Source: Amoebidium appalachense (Eukaryota; Protista; Ichthyosporea). Taken from it: a stretch of 64,000 nt of DNA. The position numbers and the translations under genes were made by a program. Positions 1 through 18,746 of this stretch are shown here, piece after piece. The stretch spans positions 3,772,047-3,836,046 of the forward strand of contig CAVNZM010000004.1 in NCBI GenBank assembly GCA_963693365.1, written 5' to 3'. The stretch's first letter is position 1. Each line of letters starts with the position of its first letter. A model generated the notes under the pieces. That model saw only the letters and a list, made by a program, of their open reading frames with translations. It did no database searches and had not been told where the DNA came from.

Positions 1-680
1 GGGGGGGGGGGGGGGGGGGGGGGGGGGGCAAGGTATTGTATCTCACCTTATGTTGTCGTGCATAGGCGCTGTCCATCTTCGGTAAGCTGTCCGCAAATGC
101 CCCCAACCACGAGATTCAGTCAGCAAGCAAGAAGGCAACGGATGCAAACAGCCTGCCACCACCACCATAATCATCAACTGAAACTGCATCGATATTGCAC
201 AGTGACAGGACAAACATATTTAAGGATTGAGTAAAGCACCCATGAATGAGATGTTGTGTGTACGTGAAATGAAAGGGTTGTGATTTGGGTTTTTTTATAT
301 TTTGGTTTTTGTGGCGGTGTATGCGATCATGAAACTCGGAAGGGGAATTGGTATGGTCGGCCACTCTGCGGTTGTTATGTCGTGATACAGGTGTGGCACG
401 GGCACTGCATTTGTACACAACAGGGTAGCCTGAAAACCTACATCATGTTAATTTCGTGAGGAAGATGGAGATAGGTTTAGGTGGCAGGGTTAGCAAATAA
501 TACAATGTGGTGTAGTTCCATGAGTGCGCGGGCATGGGGCATTGCATGTGCTGACTTACGTCACATACGACACGTTGCTGGACGACGCTGCAAATTCAAT
601 AAAAATACTTAAAAAATAAAAAGTTGTAGAACCTGTTGAATGGGGTTGACTTTAATTTTCACGCACACGCACGCGCGCGC

Positions 681-733
<53 letters not shown>

Positions 734-2141
734 CGATTGTCACCCTCATCTCGCATCCGGGCCTGCATTTCACGTCCTGCGGACCCTTAGGAGTCCGCCA
801 TCATAAAAACACGTCTAGCAGTCCCCTTCCAAGCAAGTATTCTAGATCTGTACGGTTTTGGAAATAGGACGTATCATGGTGTACCGTAAACTGCTGTACA
901 GAGCTGCCTGATTTAGTAAAGAGTCTCGTATGCACCGCTGCACCTCCAAAGTCCATCAGCACAGCATGTTGGCAATTTTCTTGTGATTCTTGTGGTGCTG
1001 GTGGCATGCTAGCCTCATGGCCATGGGAATGAGACCGTTTTTTTTTGTTTTTTTTTTGGAGGCGGGGGGGGGGGGGGGGGTCGTCGTCCACCTCGTGAAA
1101 CCATGTCTCGTACTGTGCCTATAGCTATGCTGTTCTTATTCCCAAGTTTTCCTTTTCTCATCCGACTTTCGATCCTTCTGCTCCTTTCCTCCTTTCTTTC
1201 TTTCTTTTCTCTTGTGTATGTGTGTATAGACCTGACTGCGGCGGCCGGCGGCTCAGATCGACCGAATAAAATTTAAATGACGCATAGCGATCATAGGATA
1301 GACATATGAAATTGACCTTGTTTTCTATTTTATTGGCTTTTATTGCGGCCAGAACCCATTACATGCCTAGTAGAAAATATGCAGAAGGCAAAGGCGCTTA
1401 TTTTGGTACCTTTTTATACTGAGCGCAAGGCCAAGCCGCAAACTTTCGTATATGCATATTAGAACGGTGATGCACACTCCCTTTATAGTAGCGAAAGTTT
1501 GAAAGTTTGAGTTTCATATCAGTATCAGCTAATCAAATAGCTTAGCTCAAATTCATAGTCTCCCCCCGATGCGTCGACCGCGGCGCTGATCGAATTGGCC
1601 CGGGAGGAGGCCGCTGGTGGCCGCCTGGGGTACTACAAAACCACGTCTATCTTAGACAAAAACAATGGTTTTTCTTCGCGCTAAGGACCAATTATAGTAC
1701 TTAAAAAAACGTCGTTTCCTTGTCGACATTTAGAGCTCAGCTTTGTTAGGTTTATACTAGGTTTAAAGGGCTGATATTTATGGTTGAAAGTGGATCCGGG
1801 CCCATTTGCTATATATCAAGAACACTACATTTTATTCCGCGATATGGCTCACGGTCAGGTCTATATGCCTCAATCACTCTCTCTGTGTGTGTGGATGTCT
1901 CTGTGTATTTGTGTGTGTGAGTGGCCATGTGTGGGGGGGTGGGGGGGGGGGTGTATGAGGGGAGGATGTCACCCTAAGTACGAGTCAACAAAAAGGTTTC
2001 CTTATTGTTTTAATCAAAGGCTGTTCAGATGTGCCAGATCTTTGGCCAGCCCGCCACTCAGACGGCTGCAACTGAAATACGTCCGAGTATTACGTACACA
2101 ATAAAAATCTATTGAATAGCGTACAGCAGTCCCCCCCCCGC

Positions 2142-2180
<39 letters not shown>

Positions 2181-2299
2181 CCCTCCCCCACGGCGACCCA
2201 ACCCGAAGTTATACCTCGAAGTTAACTTTTGCATGGACATATACAATCGGTTCACTCACATGTCATACTGTAACTAGCACACAGTCACATCATACTGAG

Positions 2300-5383
<3,084 letters not shown>

Positions 5384-5419
5384 CAAGTACGTGCACGCAA
5401 GTACGTGCATGCACGTACG

Positions 5420-5571
<152 letters not shown>

Positions 5572-5920
5572 CGCAATTCACTGATTTGCGATCATTTTTT
5601 TTTGTGGGGGGGGGGGGGGGGGGGGGGGGGGGATTTCACCCCGAGCTGCTGGCAACAAGCCATCTCGTTTATGATTTAAAATAAAAGGACGGTTTGTCGG
5701 GGTTTAAATATTTCCCCGTGGTTTGAAGCAGAAACTGTAAACATGCACCTGGATTCACCCAACCAGCCAATGATTGACGGCCACAAAATTGAATACGGAA
5801 AAGCAATACAGATTATAAATAATGATGATATATGTCACTATGTAGTAACTCGCCAACAGGGACTCGTCTCCCTCTCTCTCTCTTCTCTCTCTCTCTCCCT
5901 CTCCCTCTCCCTCTCTCCCT

Positions 5921-5985
<65 letters not shown>

Positions 5986-6249
5986 CCCCCCCCCCTCCCC
6001 CCTCCTCTCCCCCCCCCCCCTCCCCTCTCCCACGTGCACCCCACCCTACTTTGATGATCAACCTTGCCAAGGATATAGAATACCGTTTTCTCGGATAGAG
6101 TAGCACACAGCCACAAGTGTGCATCACACCAAGGGGTTGCATTCATGCCCGGTAACCGTTGTATTTCTAACGAAACATCCATTCTTATTCACTCTAAACA
6201 GAATAACACTGGCATACATTTCGAGTTTACCCCCCACCTCCCCCCTTCC

Positions 6250-6296
<47 letters not shown>

Positions 6297-6752
6297 ACAC
6301 ACACCCCCCTTCAAACCAACCAACCAACCAAAACAAATGATATATACTACAATAATAATAATCAGTAAGTTAAATTTCAGAAAACCACAACAATGAACAC
6401 AGAAGGAGAAGAATCTGGAGAGAAAACTTCAGAGACCTCAAAAATAAATAAGAAGCCCCTGTACTATTCAGAACTAAGAAGACGTAAGAAGGAGAGTTCA
6501 AAGTCATGACACGAAGAGTAGGTAACCCAAGGAAGCAGACTACCAAAAGCGGAAACTCCCCAATAAATTGAAGCTATGCACCTAAGTACCCCAGTTTAGA
6601 TACGATGTATTATACATTCCACACAATATATATCGTTTTGCCGTTACCCCGTACGATTTTTCATCCAGGCGCTGCCTATTTTAGACCCCCAAAGCCGACG
6701 AGAACCACCTGTGGCAGGCAGCAGTGTGAGTGATAGCACTGTGCCCGGTGCC

Positions 6753-6933
6753 CCCTTACCATGGTGCCCCCCCCCCCCCCCCCCCCCCCCTCTCCCCCTC
6801 TCCCTCGCCCTTACCATGGTGTTCACCCCCCTCCCCCCCCCCCCCCTCCCCCTTCCCCTCCCTCTCCCCTCCCCCCGGCTTACCATGGTGTTCAACCTCT
6901 CCCCCTCCCCCCTCCCTTCCCCTGACCATGGTC
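6753..6933. repeat. Minisatellite: four (ctt/ctg)ACCATGGT units separated by C-rich spacers
   Basis: Units seen at about 6756, 6811, 6880 and 6923. Confidence 0.7.
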
Positions 6934-6980
6934 CTCCCACCCCCTTCCCCCGCATGGGGCAAAAAAGAAAAAGAAAAATA

Positions 6981-7018
<38 letters not shown>

Positions 7019-7117
7019 CACCAACCAGCCCGAGCACCCCTTACTCTGTCTCTCCCTAAGATTCGTGTACCCCACCCGGCCTCCCGAGGATCATATATAT
7101 TAGAGCCTCCCCCGGGA

Positions 7118-7166
<49 letters not shown>

Positions 7167-7976
7167 AAAAAACCACCACCACCACCACCAACAACAACAA
7201 ATCTCAAAAACAAAAGAGAAGAAGGGGAGGGGGGGGGGGGGGGATAAGCTGAAAAATAGGTCCCAAAACACCCCAAAACGCTTTTATTTGTAGTCTCCCC
7301 CCCCCCCCCCCCCCCCCTTCTCCTCCCCCGTCCCTCCCCTCTGCGATCGACCTCTCGTTCATATAACACTGCACCTTAATCTCAACATTCAACTCCCAGT
7401 TAATCGATACCAACACACCAGCTATCAGTAAACTCGTCTGTTGAAAACATTTGACATACTACTCACAAACGCAAACACAAACTTTCACGCGCATGCACGT
7501 ATGCATGCAGCACGCACGCACGCACGCACACACACACATAAAGAGCAAGAGGGCACGCGAAAGGGGAACGCTTAGAGAGAGAGAGAAAAGTATTGGGACT
7601 CTGAAGGGGGCAGGGGGGGGGGGGGGAATGGGACGCACCGGGGGAGGGGGTGGTGGGGTTTGGGGGGGCATGGGGGGGATCATGGTGTACACAATATGTG
7701 GAATGTTTGCAGGATACTGTGTGTGTTTCCATTCCTGTGTACATGTGTTTGTGCGCGCGCCTGTGTGCCTGCCCGCTTGTTGGTCAAATATGTGATCGCT
7801 TGGGATTGAGTGTGGTGCGGGACGTATGTTCGCTAATTGATTTGAGCATCATTTCTTGTTACCATTATTATTTTCATTTTTATTTTTTATTTTTTTGTCG
7901 GGAGGTGGAAAGGGGGGTGAAGGGGGGAAGGGGGGGGGGGGGGGGGGGAGGGGGGGGGGAGGGGGGTTACCGATCA

Positions 7977-10963
7977 TCATTTTTGATCCCTCAATCGTAT
8001 GGCCCGTTCAAGTTCTGCTATTCGCTCCTCGTCTGCTTCTGAAAACTCGACATACTCACTATCCTCACGATCAATCGAATCCAGCGTTATGTTGGGGCAC
8101 GTTGCAAGCACCGTACATTCGAAACGGAGGTTTACACCAATGGTTATATCACTCAAGGAAGGGTGGCTTCGAAAACAGTCGATAGTGCGCAGTTCGGGTA
8201 GGTCTTCGAGCATCAGACATTGGATTGAATGAATGCCCCCGAGCGCAGAAATGTCCGAGAGAAAATAGCAAGAGGACAAACGGACAAGGGAAAGTTTCGG
8301 GGCACAGATTGGTCCGTTCCCGAAACTTTGAAGACGGCAGCAATCTATATTTAGATACTTTAAATTGGGGTTGTTCAGCACGGGAAAAGTCACCCAGTCG
8401 CCAAGATTGGACAGCGAAAGAACCTCCAAATTTGGAAAGCGCCTTACTGCATTAACGCTAAAAAGCCGGTCACATCCATCAATAGAAACCCGTGAAAGTG
8501 CCGGTGCGAATATTTCGTTTTCCTCGTCCCATAGCGTGGTAAGGGAATAACAGCTCCTGATGAAAACGTTGTTTAAATGTGGGTGGTGTAGCGGAAAAAG
8601 TGTGTTCAGGCGAAGTAATTCTTGCAGATTAATTCTTTTGATGCTGGGAACATGCCGCAACCCGGTGATGCTTCTAAGTGAATAACATGATTGAAGTGTG
8701 ATGTCTTCCAAACATGGCGCACTGGCAAAATCCCCGCCGAATTCCACTAATGACTGGCAACCGTTAATGTGAATGGTGCGCAAATGTGGATGGTTGAGGG
8801 AAAAGGCCGTGAAAGTATTGCCGAGTGAAGAAAGTTTTAGTTAAACAACCGAAGTCAGTGTGGAAACTATGTTGCCCAGACCTGGACATTTCAGTAGTGT
8901 AACGTCTCTCAGGTTATGACAGTACGACAGACCGCTCACATCGCTCAAGTCCGGGCAGTGGGACAGTGACACCACTTGAAGTTGGTCGCAAATCGAGGAA
9001 GAACGGATCGTGCTGAGCACAGGCATGTTCCTGAGCTCAAGTGAGCGTAGGCGAGGGTGGTTATTTAGCGACAAAACGGTTGGGGCCTCATTATCATGTA
9101 GATCAAACACAAAAAAGTTGCGGCGGTCACTCAAGTCAAGATGTGTTAGGGCACTAAGCTGCGAAGATGTGTTTTGTGATGTGCTCCCTTCGACAACAAC
9201 AAAAGTGCGGAGGGTGCGTGCATGGTTTGCCACAAACGACGCAATTAACTCATCCGCTCGAGACGGTGTGTCGAGCTGCATAAGCTGTACGTAAACATTG
9301 CCCAATTTGGAATACTGACTGTCTGCTTGTAAGAGAATGGCGGCAACATCGCTGAAGACATCGTGTGATTGCCGTAGCGGTTGCGGATTCAGAGTAAACG
9401 AGGAATTTGAACCGACGGCGTGGAACAAGACCTGTATGGAGGTTGGGTCGATGAGGGACAGTAATGTGCGAAGCCAAGAATACCGCACCTCCAAATTAGT
9501 AGAGGGAGATTCGGTAATAGCGCCGGCAGCAATCTTGCCAACATCGATAACAACTTTTCCCACCGCCTCTTCCCATGGTTTCAATGTTTCCAAATCTCGC
9601 CAGACTACTAGATTTTGTCTGTTCCTTAAACCTCGAGCTCTGGCAGGGGCGTGGATTGTGATTGTGCCAGCTTCGGGTGACCGGGCTAACTTGCTGAAGT
9701 GGCGGCAAACCAGCGAAAAACAAAGCCGGTCAGCAGTGGGTAGTTTGCGTAAAATCTTGAATAGGAGCTCTGGGAAGAGGTGGTAGAGGGGGCCATCTGT
9801 GAGGGACAACAAGGTAAGGAGGGGTGTCGAGGGTGTATAAAGGGGCACACGGCAACGAAAAACGGAAAAGGGGGCTAACAGTAACAGGGACGGATGACTT
9901 GGTGCATGTGGAAGGTGAGCAAAGTTAGCTGTGTGGGCTAATATCTGCTAACTTTGTGTTTTTGTTTTGCTCGAACGGTTCTTCACTCCTCCGAGACTCC
10001 ATTCTCTCATTTCCCTATATCTCCTTCTCCTCTTGGCTCACAACATCGGCAACCCCAAACGTTTCACGTTTTTCAATACTACTTGCTTCTTTTCCTCTGG
10101 TCTTCCTTTCGTTTAGCTCCATCCAGTTTCTATCTGAAGTAGAAATGGAGTGTGCGAATAGGGGGTACTGGTTCATGGGGGGAAGGAGGTGGAGGGGGGG
10201 AAGAAGTGTGTGTGGGGGTGGTGGTGGTAGTGGTGTGTGTGTGTGTGTTTGTGGGGGGGGAGGGGGGGGAGGGGGGGCGCGGGGGGGATGGGCGTGGCGG
10301 GAGGGGGGGAGGGGGGGGAGGGGGGAGGGAGGGAGGGATGAACAACTATAATAACTACAAAATGGCGGGCAGGGACAGCAGAATACTTAGTCTAGGCAAA
10401 TGAATAATCTGAGACTGAATGTACAAGTGCAAGGTTTGGTGAACCCGGTCCAGGTGGGGAGTGTTTGTTGCGCCATAGCATTAGGTGGGGTTGGAGGTCA
10501 CGGGTATGCGTCCGATATTAATAATATGCAGTGTGCAATCGTCTGTGCTGGGAGGGGAGGCCCTGGGGAGCCTCTGAGGCTGGGTATAATGGGGCCCCTA
10601 GGCCTGACTTGGAGTTTTTTAAGTTTAGGTAGTGCAGATGGATTACATGAAGCTCAACAGGTTTGCACTAACAAACGTGTTAGGGGGCGAGGTAGTCTAA
10701 GAAACTCCCCCCCCCCCCCCCCTCTACATAGACCCCCCCCCCCCCCCCCCCCCCCCCCCACTCCCCGTTTGGAACTCTACTCAGACCCCGCCATCTCCAC
10801 GCAACGACCCGGTTGCATAGTATTGCACAGCTGCAGTGAGAGCATGAAAAAAGACATCAACCAAACATGTTACAACCGAAGAGTGCCCTAACTTACTTTG
10901 TTCAGGAGACAGTGACGACCGGCACCGGCCCTCTTTTTCTTCTTCTTGTCTTGGTGCACTCAT
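7977..10963 (-). pseudogene. F-box/LRR family copy 2 (most intact; one in-frame TAA in the main exon)
   Basis: The main exon 9796-7977 follows the acceptor ccctcacag|. It encodes an F-box-like motif (LYHLFPELLFKILRKLPTADRLCFSLVCRHF) followed by Cys-containing LRRs. ORFs 8841-9848 and 7977-8783 are in the same frame, split only by TAA at 8841-8843, where paralogs have GAC or CAC. A putative first exon 10963-10897 (MSAPRQ..SLSPEQ|gtaagt) is conserved with copy 3. Middle exons are unresolved. Confidence 0.8.
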
Positions 10964-11519
10964 TTTTTCGTTTTCATTCTGGTCCAAGGAGTTTTCGATA
11001 AAGAAGTTTCTTACTGTCACATGTCGGCTGAGCACTGCAACATAACGACTTGCCTATCCTTGCAAGTTGCGAGCCTACACCATCCTCACGAAGCCAAATT
11101 GCGTATACGAAGTTCCGTTTTCGAAGAAATATTTTGAAGCACGGCCCTCTGAACACAATTTGGCCAACCAAAACTGATGAACTCTTTTTCCTGTGTTTAT
11201 TTCAAGTGTGTCTACTTGTGAATGTGAGTGTGGCAGTGTGTCTCCTGCGTGTTGCTCCAAATCAGTTTCACATTCACACAGAAGCGTAAGCTTTCGAAAA
11301 GCACGGCGATCAGACGTGATCCTTTCACGTGATTGTATCACGTGGTGCTTTCTCCACTAATCTTTTTTCTGGCTCATGAGCCACCGTGGCAGGTGATGCT
11401 ATATGTTGTCACGTGTGCATTACATGCTATGTGTGTTGTTCACTACTGAACTGATACAGCTCACATAAGATTCTAGGGTTTAATCTCAATTGAAAAAAAG
11501 AGATCGATTCTAGAGCTAT

Positions 11520-12190
<671 letters not shown>

Positions 12191-12536
12191 GGGAAAGGAG
12201 ACCAAAGGCCCTCTTCCCGGACCGGGTGCACAACTTCAAGGAAAAGCATCTGGAGCATAATAGTTAATCCTGACAACATAGTAGCTTCTGCACAAAACGG
12301 GACGAGGAGTTATGCCAGGCAATTCCCAGACAAAACGAAATTTTCAAAAGAGTCAACAACGTGAGCCTGTGTATATGAGTTTGTGGTTGCCTTGCAGCTT
12401 AATATTGCAAGATCTAGAAGAGAGTGTGTGTGTGGACCTCGGATGTGAGTACACCATATTATACAACGAAACCGAGCAGCACCAAGGCTAGTAATAAACG
12501 CAAGCCTCAGTGCTCTGTACAGTGATGTACAAATCC

Positions 12537-12587
<51 letters not shown>

Positions 12588-12633
12588 AACCCATCCACCC
12601 ACCCTGTGCCCCGCCTGCCTACCTGTTTATTTA

Positions 12634-12683
<50 letters not shown>

Positions 12684-13297
12684 AGGAGGTTTCAAGTTCC
12701 GTTCAGGCTCTGCCATCAATTTACCTTTGTTTGATTAGTGAGGTGCCCTGCATGCTCTGTGCAGAATATTTAGTATGGCTGAAAAGCTCTAGATCTTGCT
12801 CTCGTGATTCATTGTTATGTGGTAGTAGCTGCTTTTGATTCGGATAGAGTAATGGAGTGTGGCCGGCAGTGTGTAGAGAAACTTGAAGTTGACAATGTGG
12901 TTCGATGTCATTGTATGTCAGTCTTTCGTAGGTAGGTGCTTGCAAACGATCATTAACAAATCAGTCTTGCCCATCCCTACTTTCTACCCCTGTCTTTAGC
13001 TGCCTGTAGCAGGTGCGCCCTTTGCCCCTCACACTTCTTCCCTCCACCCCCCCCCCCCCCCCCCCATATCGATCGAGGTTCATCAAGACTTTTCTTCTTC
13101 ACTGCCCCCCCCCCCCCCCCCCCCCTTCTCCCCCCCTCCAGTTCCTCCCTCCCCCCCCCCCCCCCCCCCCCCCAAGGGGGAGAAAAAAAAAGAAAAGAAA
13201 CCGAAAACACATTAGAACGTGTGGGTTCCATATGCTCTGCACATGAATGTGTGCGAGTGTGTGAGTGAGGGAGTGTGAGTGTGTGAGTGTGAGTGTG

Positions 13298-13328
<31 letters not shown>

Positions 13329-13330
13329 CA

Positions 13331-13400
<70 letters not shown>

Positions 13401-13506
13401 GTGCACGCGCGTGCGTGTTTGAGTGTGCGTGTGGGTGTCTGTATGTGTGTGTGTCTGTGTGTGTGGGGGAGAGAGTAGGACGGGGTACCAGCGGGACGCG
13501 GGGGGA

Positions 13507-13720
13507 GGGTTTGAATGCGTCAAAAAGTACGAAGTACACAAGAACAAACAGATAACACGATGCAGAATGCAAGCCATACATAAAGAGTATGCATAATAAG
13601 CAGAGCCCATCCTCAGGGGGGGGGGCACGCCATCCACAGTGCCCGAGTTTCGACCTATTCACGTCGTTAACGACACCCAACTCAGATACTGTTTCACTTG
13701 AACATGGGTAGGTCACCCGT
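13507..13720 (+). mobile_element. Interspersed repeat (longest copy of a family flanked by G tracts)
   Basis: 13510-13534 is identical to 44653-44677. The block agtatgca..ataagcagagcccat matches ~45192-45216. The block attcac..ttaacga..caactc..actgtttcacttgaac..tcaccc matches ~18590-18650. Confidence 0.6.
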
Positions 13721-14076
13721 CTTGATCAGAGACGAGCAGGGTTGCTTATGCAGGCAAGGGCAGTGGGAAAGGCCGGGGGTTAAAGTTGCAGCAGTAAGCA
13801 GAAGCAAGAAAAATATAGATAGGAACTCAGGAGACGGGGCTTCTAGGAAGCTCCTCCGTCGCTACCTAAGTCGATACTTCCCTGGCTAACATACTACACC
13901 AGCTGAAAAGAATTATGTCCCGAAGGCCGCAGAATTCGCAATCAGAGGGGAAAATATGAGATTTGACCCACGCCGCAAGTTAGTAACATGCTTACTAGGG
14001 CGGAACTCTAACGTCTTCGAACGGAAAGCTATGCCCCCGGATGTCAGCCGGAAATATGGGGGGGGGGAGGACGTGG

Positions 14077-14121
14077 GGTGTTCGGAACTACGGACCATGG
14101 GAGGTGTTCAGAACTACGGAC
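14077..14121. repeat. Two direct copies of ggtgttc(g/a)gaactacggac with a 26-bp period
   Basis: Copies at 14077-14095 and 14103-14121. They may be a subterminal repeat of a transposon remnant. Confidence 0.6.
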
Positions 14122-14316
14122 GATAAGTGTTACCGGTATTATATACGTTAAAGAACTGTACAATTTGTCACGAGGTACCAAAGAAATTCTTACCGCTTAA
14201 AACAAAAGTTCAAACCAGATGCACAAAACTCTTTCTAATCAACCATAGCCACAATATTATAGGATAAGCACTACAGAAACACAATAGAAAAATATTGTGT
14301 TCCATCGCAAACCAAT

Positions 14317-14349
<33 letters not shown>

Positions 14350-14469
14350 CTCTCCCCCCAGGCCAAAAACCGGTCCCCTCCAGACCACTCTCTATCCGAT
14401 CTTATTTACATCATGCCTATACTTTCATGGTAGCTTTTCTATGCAAGCTTTTCTATCTATTTCTCTTTC

Positions 14470-14516
<47 letters not shown>

Positions 14517-15026
14517 ACACACACACAAACACACCCTTTACACACCCTTTTACCACCACCGCAATCCCCCCTTCCTCCCAAAGCGGGAAAAAAGAAGAAT
14601 AAGTACCAAGTTACACGAAGACGACGAAGGAAAATTAACAAGAAATGGAATGGAAAACAAAAGGCCGTCTATTGATTAAGTACCAGTTAAGTTTGAGAAC
14701 GAAGATGATATGATTGTAAACTTCTTTTTTTTTAAAAAAAATCATAAGGAAGGCAAGGGGGAAACGTAAATAAGAAAACAAGTGAAGGAAGAAATCCACG
14801 GGAAAAACTATATCCCAAGAACTTGAAGAGCTACCCAAAAAAAAGAAAGAAAAAAAAGGAAAAAAAAGCTCAACAACAACACATACCCCTCGCTCGACCA
14901 TTATATAGTCGTTTTAGCTACATGTTTGCATTCACCCACCGCCTAGCCCAGACCAAGTAGCCGACGAGAACCTCCTGTGATGGGTCAGCAGTGTGAGTGA
15001 TGGCACTATTTCTACACCCTACCACG

Positions 15027-15085
<59 letters not shown>

Positions 15086-15327
15086 CCTCCCCCCCCTTCT
15101 TCCCCTTCCCCCCCCCCCCCCCTCCCCGCCCCTCTCGTCCCTTCCCCCCTCTCCCGCCCCCCCCTCCCGCCCCCTCGCCCCTCGCCCCTCCCCCCCCCCC
15201 CCCCCCCCCCCTCACCCCCTCCTGCCCCTCTGATGTCAACTCAACTACGTAGGACCCCAAATTTAATTGCCAACCGATCCCAACACACCAGATATCCGTG
15301 GACAAATCTTAAAATTTGAACCATTCA

Positions 15328-16200
<873 letters not shown>

Positions 16201-16250
16201 GTTCGTGTTGCGTGTGGTGTGTATTTTTACTTATCTTTAAACTTTTTTTT

Positions 16251-16281
<31 letters not shown>

Positions 16282-16308
16282 GGGAGGGGGGTTACCGGAG
16301 TCTCGCAC

Positions 16309-18435
16309 TTAATGCTCTTGATTCCTCAACCGTAGTGCCCGTTCGACTTCTGCTACTCTCTTCTTCGACTCCCGCTTCCCTTCCTCCGAAAGCCGCCATC
16401 GATCTTTGGCAGGAGAAATCGATTTGCGCGTTACGTTGGGACATGTTGCGAGCACCGTGTAATCGAGGTGGGGGTTTGCACCAATGAATAGACGTTTCAA
16501 ATTCGGGTGGTTTCGAAACACTCGATAGTACGCAGGTTGGGTAGGTTTTCGAGTGTAAGTGTTCTAATTGAAAGAATGCCCCCGAGTGCAGATATGTCCG
16601 AAAGTGTATCGCAAGAGGACACTACGACGATGGATAGTTCTGGTGCATAAACGGGTCCGTTGCCAAAACTTTCGAGAACGAAGCGATTTCCGATATGTAG
16701 ATACTCCAAACGGGGATTGTTCAGAGGGGGAAAGGAAACGAATGCGTCCAGACGAGATAGCACTAAATGGGTTTAAGATGGAAAGTGCCGGACTGCATTG
16801 ACGGTAACGAGTTGCTCACAATTCTCGAAATAGACCTCTGACAGCACCGGTGCGTATATCTCGTCTTCCTCCCCCCATGAGATCTCGAGGAGGTTACACC
16901 TCTCGATGGAAATAGCGCAAATGTGGGTGGTTGAGCGGGAACATTGCGGAGAGCCCCACACCCTCGAAATCGATTTTTTGGATGCTGGGAACATGCCGCA
17001 GCCTGGTAAGGTTGTCCAGCATATAGCAGGTTCGCAGTTTTATTTCTTCCAAAATCGGCGCACTTGCAAAGTCCCTGCCTAGTTCTCCCAATGCATTGCA
17101 AAACTGGATATCTATGGTGCGCAAGTGTGGATGGTTGAGTGAAAATGACGTGAAGTTATCAGTCATCTCGCAAAGGTTAATCTTGGCAACCGAAGTTATC
17201 GTGCTAATGCTGTTGTCCACTTTGGGCAAGAATCTATCGTAAGCTTTTTGAGGTTTTGGCAGTACGACAGACCGCTCACATTGCGTAAGTCCGGGCACTT
17301 GATCAGCGAAACCGATTTAAGATGGTCGCAGTCAGAGGAAGAATGGATGGCGCGGAATACATGGTAAGATGGAGTGAGCGTAGGCGGGGATAGTTCTGCA
17401 GCCGAAAAACGGTTGAAACCTCGTCACTTCCATCCAATTCAGACTTGTAAGCGCACCGAGCTGCAAAACTGCGTCAAGGACGTTACGCCCATAACAAACA
17501 CCAAAAGAACGGAGGGTGTGTGCATGGTTCGCCACAAATGACGCAATCAACCCATCCGCCCGATCTGGCCTATCCAGCCCAAAAAGGTTCACGAAAACAT
17601 TTCTCAATTTGGAATACCGGCCGTTTGATTCGATGCGAATAGCCGCAATTTGGCTGAACACACCGTGTGTGTGTGTGTGTGACCCCGGCCAAATAGGCCG
17701 CCGACCACCGTTTTTGACCTCTATAGACGTCGCGTTCACGAGGGATAGCAGAGTGCGAAGCCACGCCTAGCGTGCTACTCACTCATGCTCCGTGGGTGAT
17801 GAGTGGCTGTTAGTGCCCTTAGTAAAACGATCTACGTGGATAATGATTTCCCCCACCGCTTCCTGCCACGGTTTCAACGTCTCCAGGTCTCGCAAAATCG
17901 GATCCCACGGTAATTCTTCGAAACTTCCGTGTCCTTTGTTGTGTGCTCTGTGCGTTGTGCCGGGAATGTGTATTGTGACTGTGCCGGCCCCCGTCGACCG
18001 GGCTACTTTGCTGAAGTGGTGGTTTGCCAGCGAAAATGAAAGCCGGTCGGCAGTGGGTAGTTTGCGTAGAATCATGAACAGGAGTTCTGGGGAGAGGTGG
18101 TAGAGGGGGCCATCTGTGTGGCACAACAGCATGGTAAGGAGCGGGAAAACGGGTGGATAAAGGTGCACAGACACGAAAACAAGGAAAGGGGGCTGGTAAA
18201 GAAGGATATGCGTCGGGAAGAAGAGCAAAGGCACATGGTTGTGTGCTATGTGTGTCTTACTCCTTTTGGTTTTTGTCATATCTAGTTTTAACATCTCTTT
18301 TCCCTCCCCTAGCTCAGAAATTCCAATTTTCTCTCCTTCTCTCTTTCATTGTCCCCTCGTTTCTTTCTCTCTGTCTTTCTGTCTTTTCTTTTTTTTTTTT
18401 GGTTTGAAGGTGTCGGGAGAGGAGAGCGGGTAGGG

Positions 18436-18470
<35 letters not shown>

Positions 18471-18683
18471 GAGGGTGGTAATTGGGCCACAGAGCACAAA
18501 ATATACTTGAGCGACAGACCACACAACACATATTTTGCAAAGCACACACAAAGAGTATGCATCACAAGCCAATACGATAGTTTCAACCCATTCACTTCGA
18601 TTAACGAATTCAACTCCAAACACTGTTTCACTTGAACTTGTGTATCACCCTTCATCAGATGCAAGTAGGGGTTTTTTTTTTTT

Positions 18684-18746
<63 letters not shown>

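Larger units (their letters stand above)
6110..11365. repeat. Segmental duplication unit B (F-box/LRR copy 2 with both flanks)
   Basis: Downstream blocks are shared with unit A and with unit C (agccgacgagaacc.cctgtg..cagcagtgtgagtgat ~6693 vs ~14959). Upstream blocks are shared with unit C: actttgttcaggagacag (~10895 vs ~19937) and ggtgctttctccac.aatc (~11344 vs ~20375). Confidence 0.75.

Noticed and set aside
1230-1775. Possible DNA-transposon remnant (internal atatgaaa/tttcatat inverted motifs)
   Set aside because: No clear TIRs, TSD or second copy in the window, so it cannot be supported without a repeat search.
12721-13010. Exon-like minus-strand segment (LQAPTYERLTYNDIEPH..) ending at a gtaaa donor
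   Set aside because: There are stops just upstream in frame, no recognisable domain and no partner exons.
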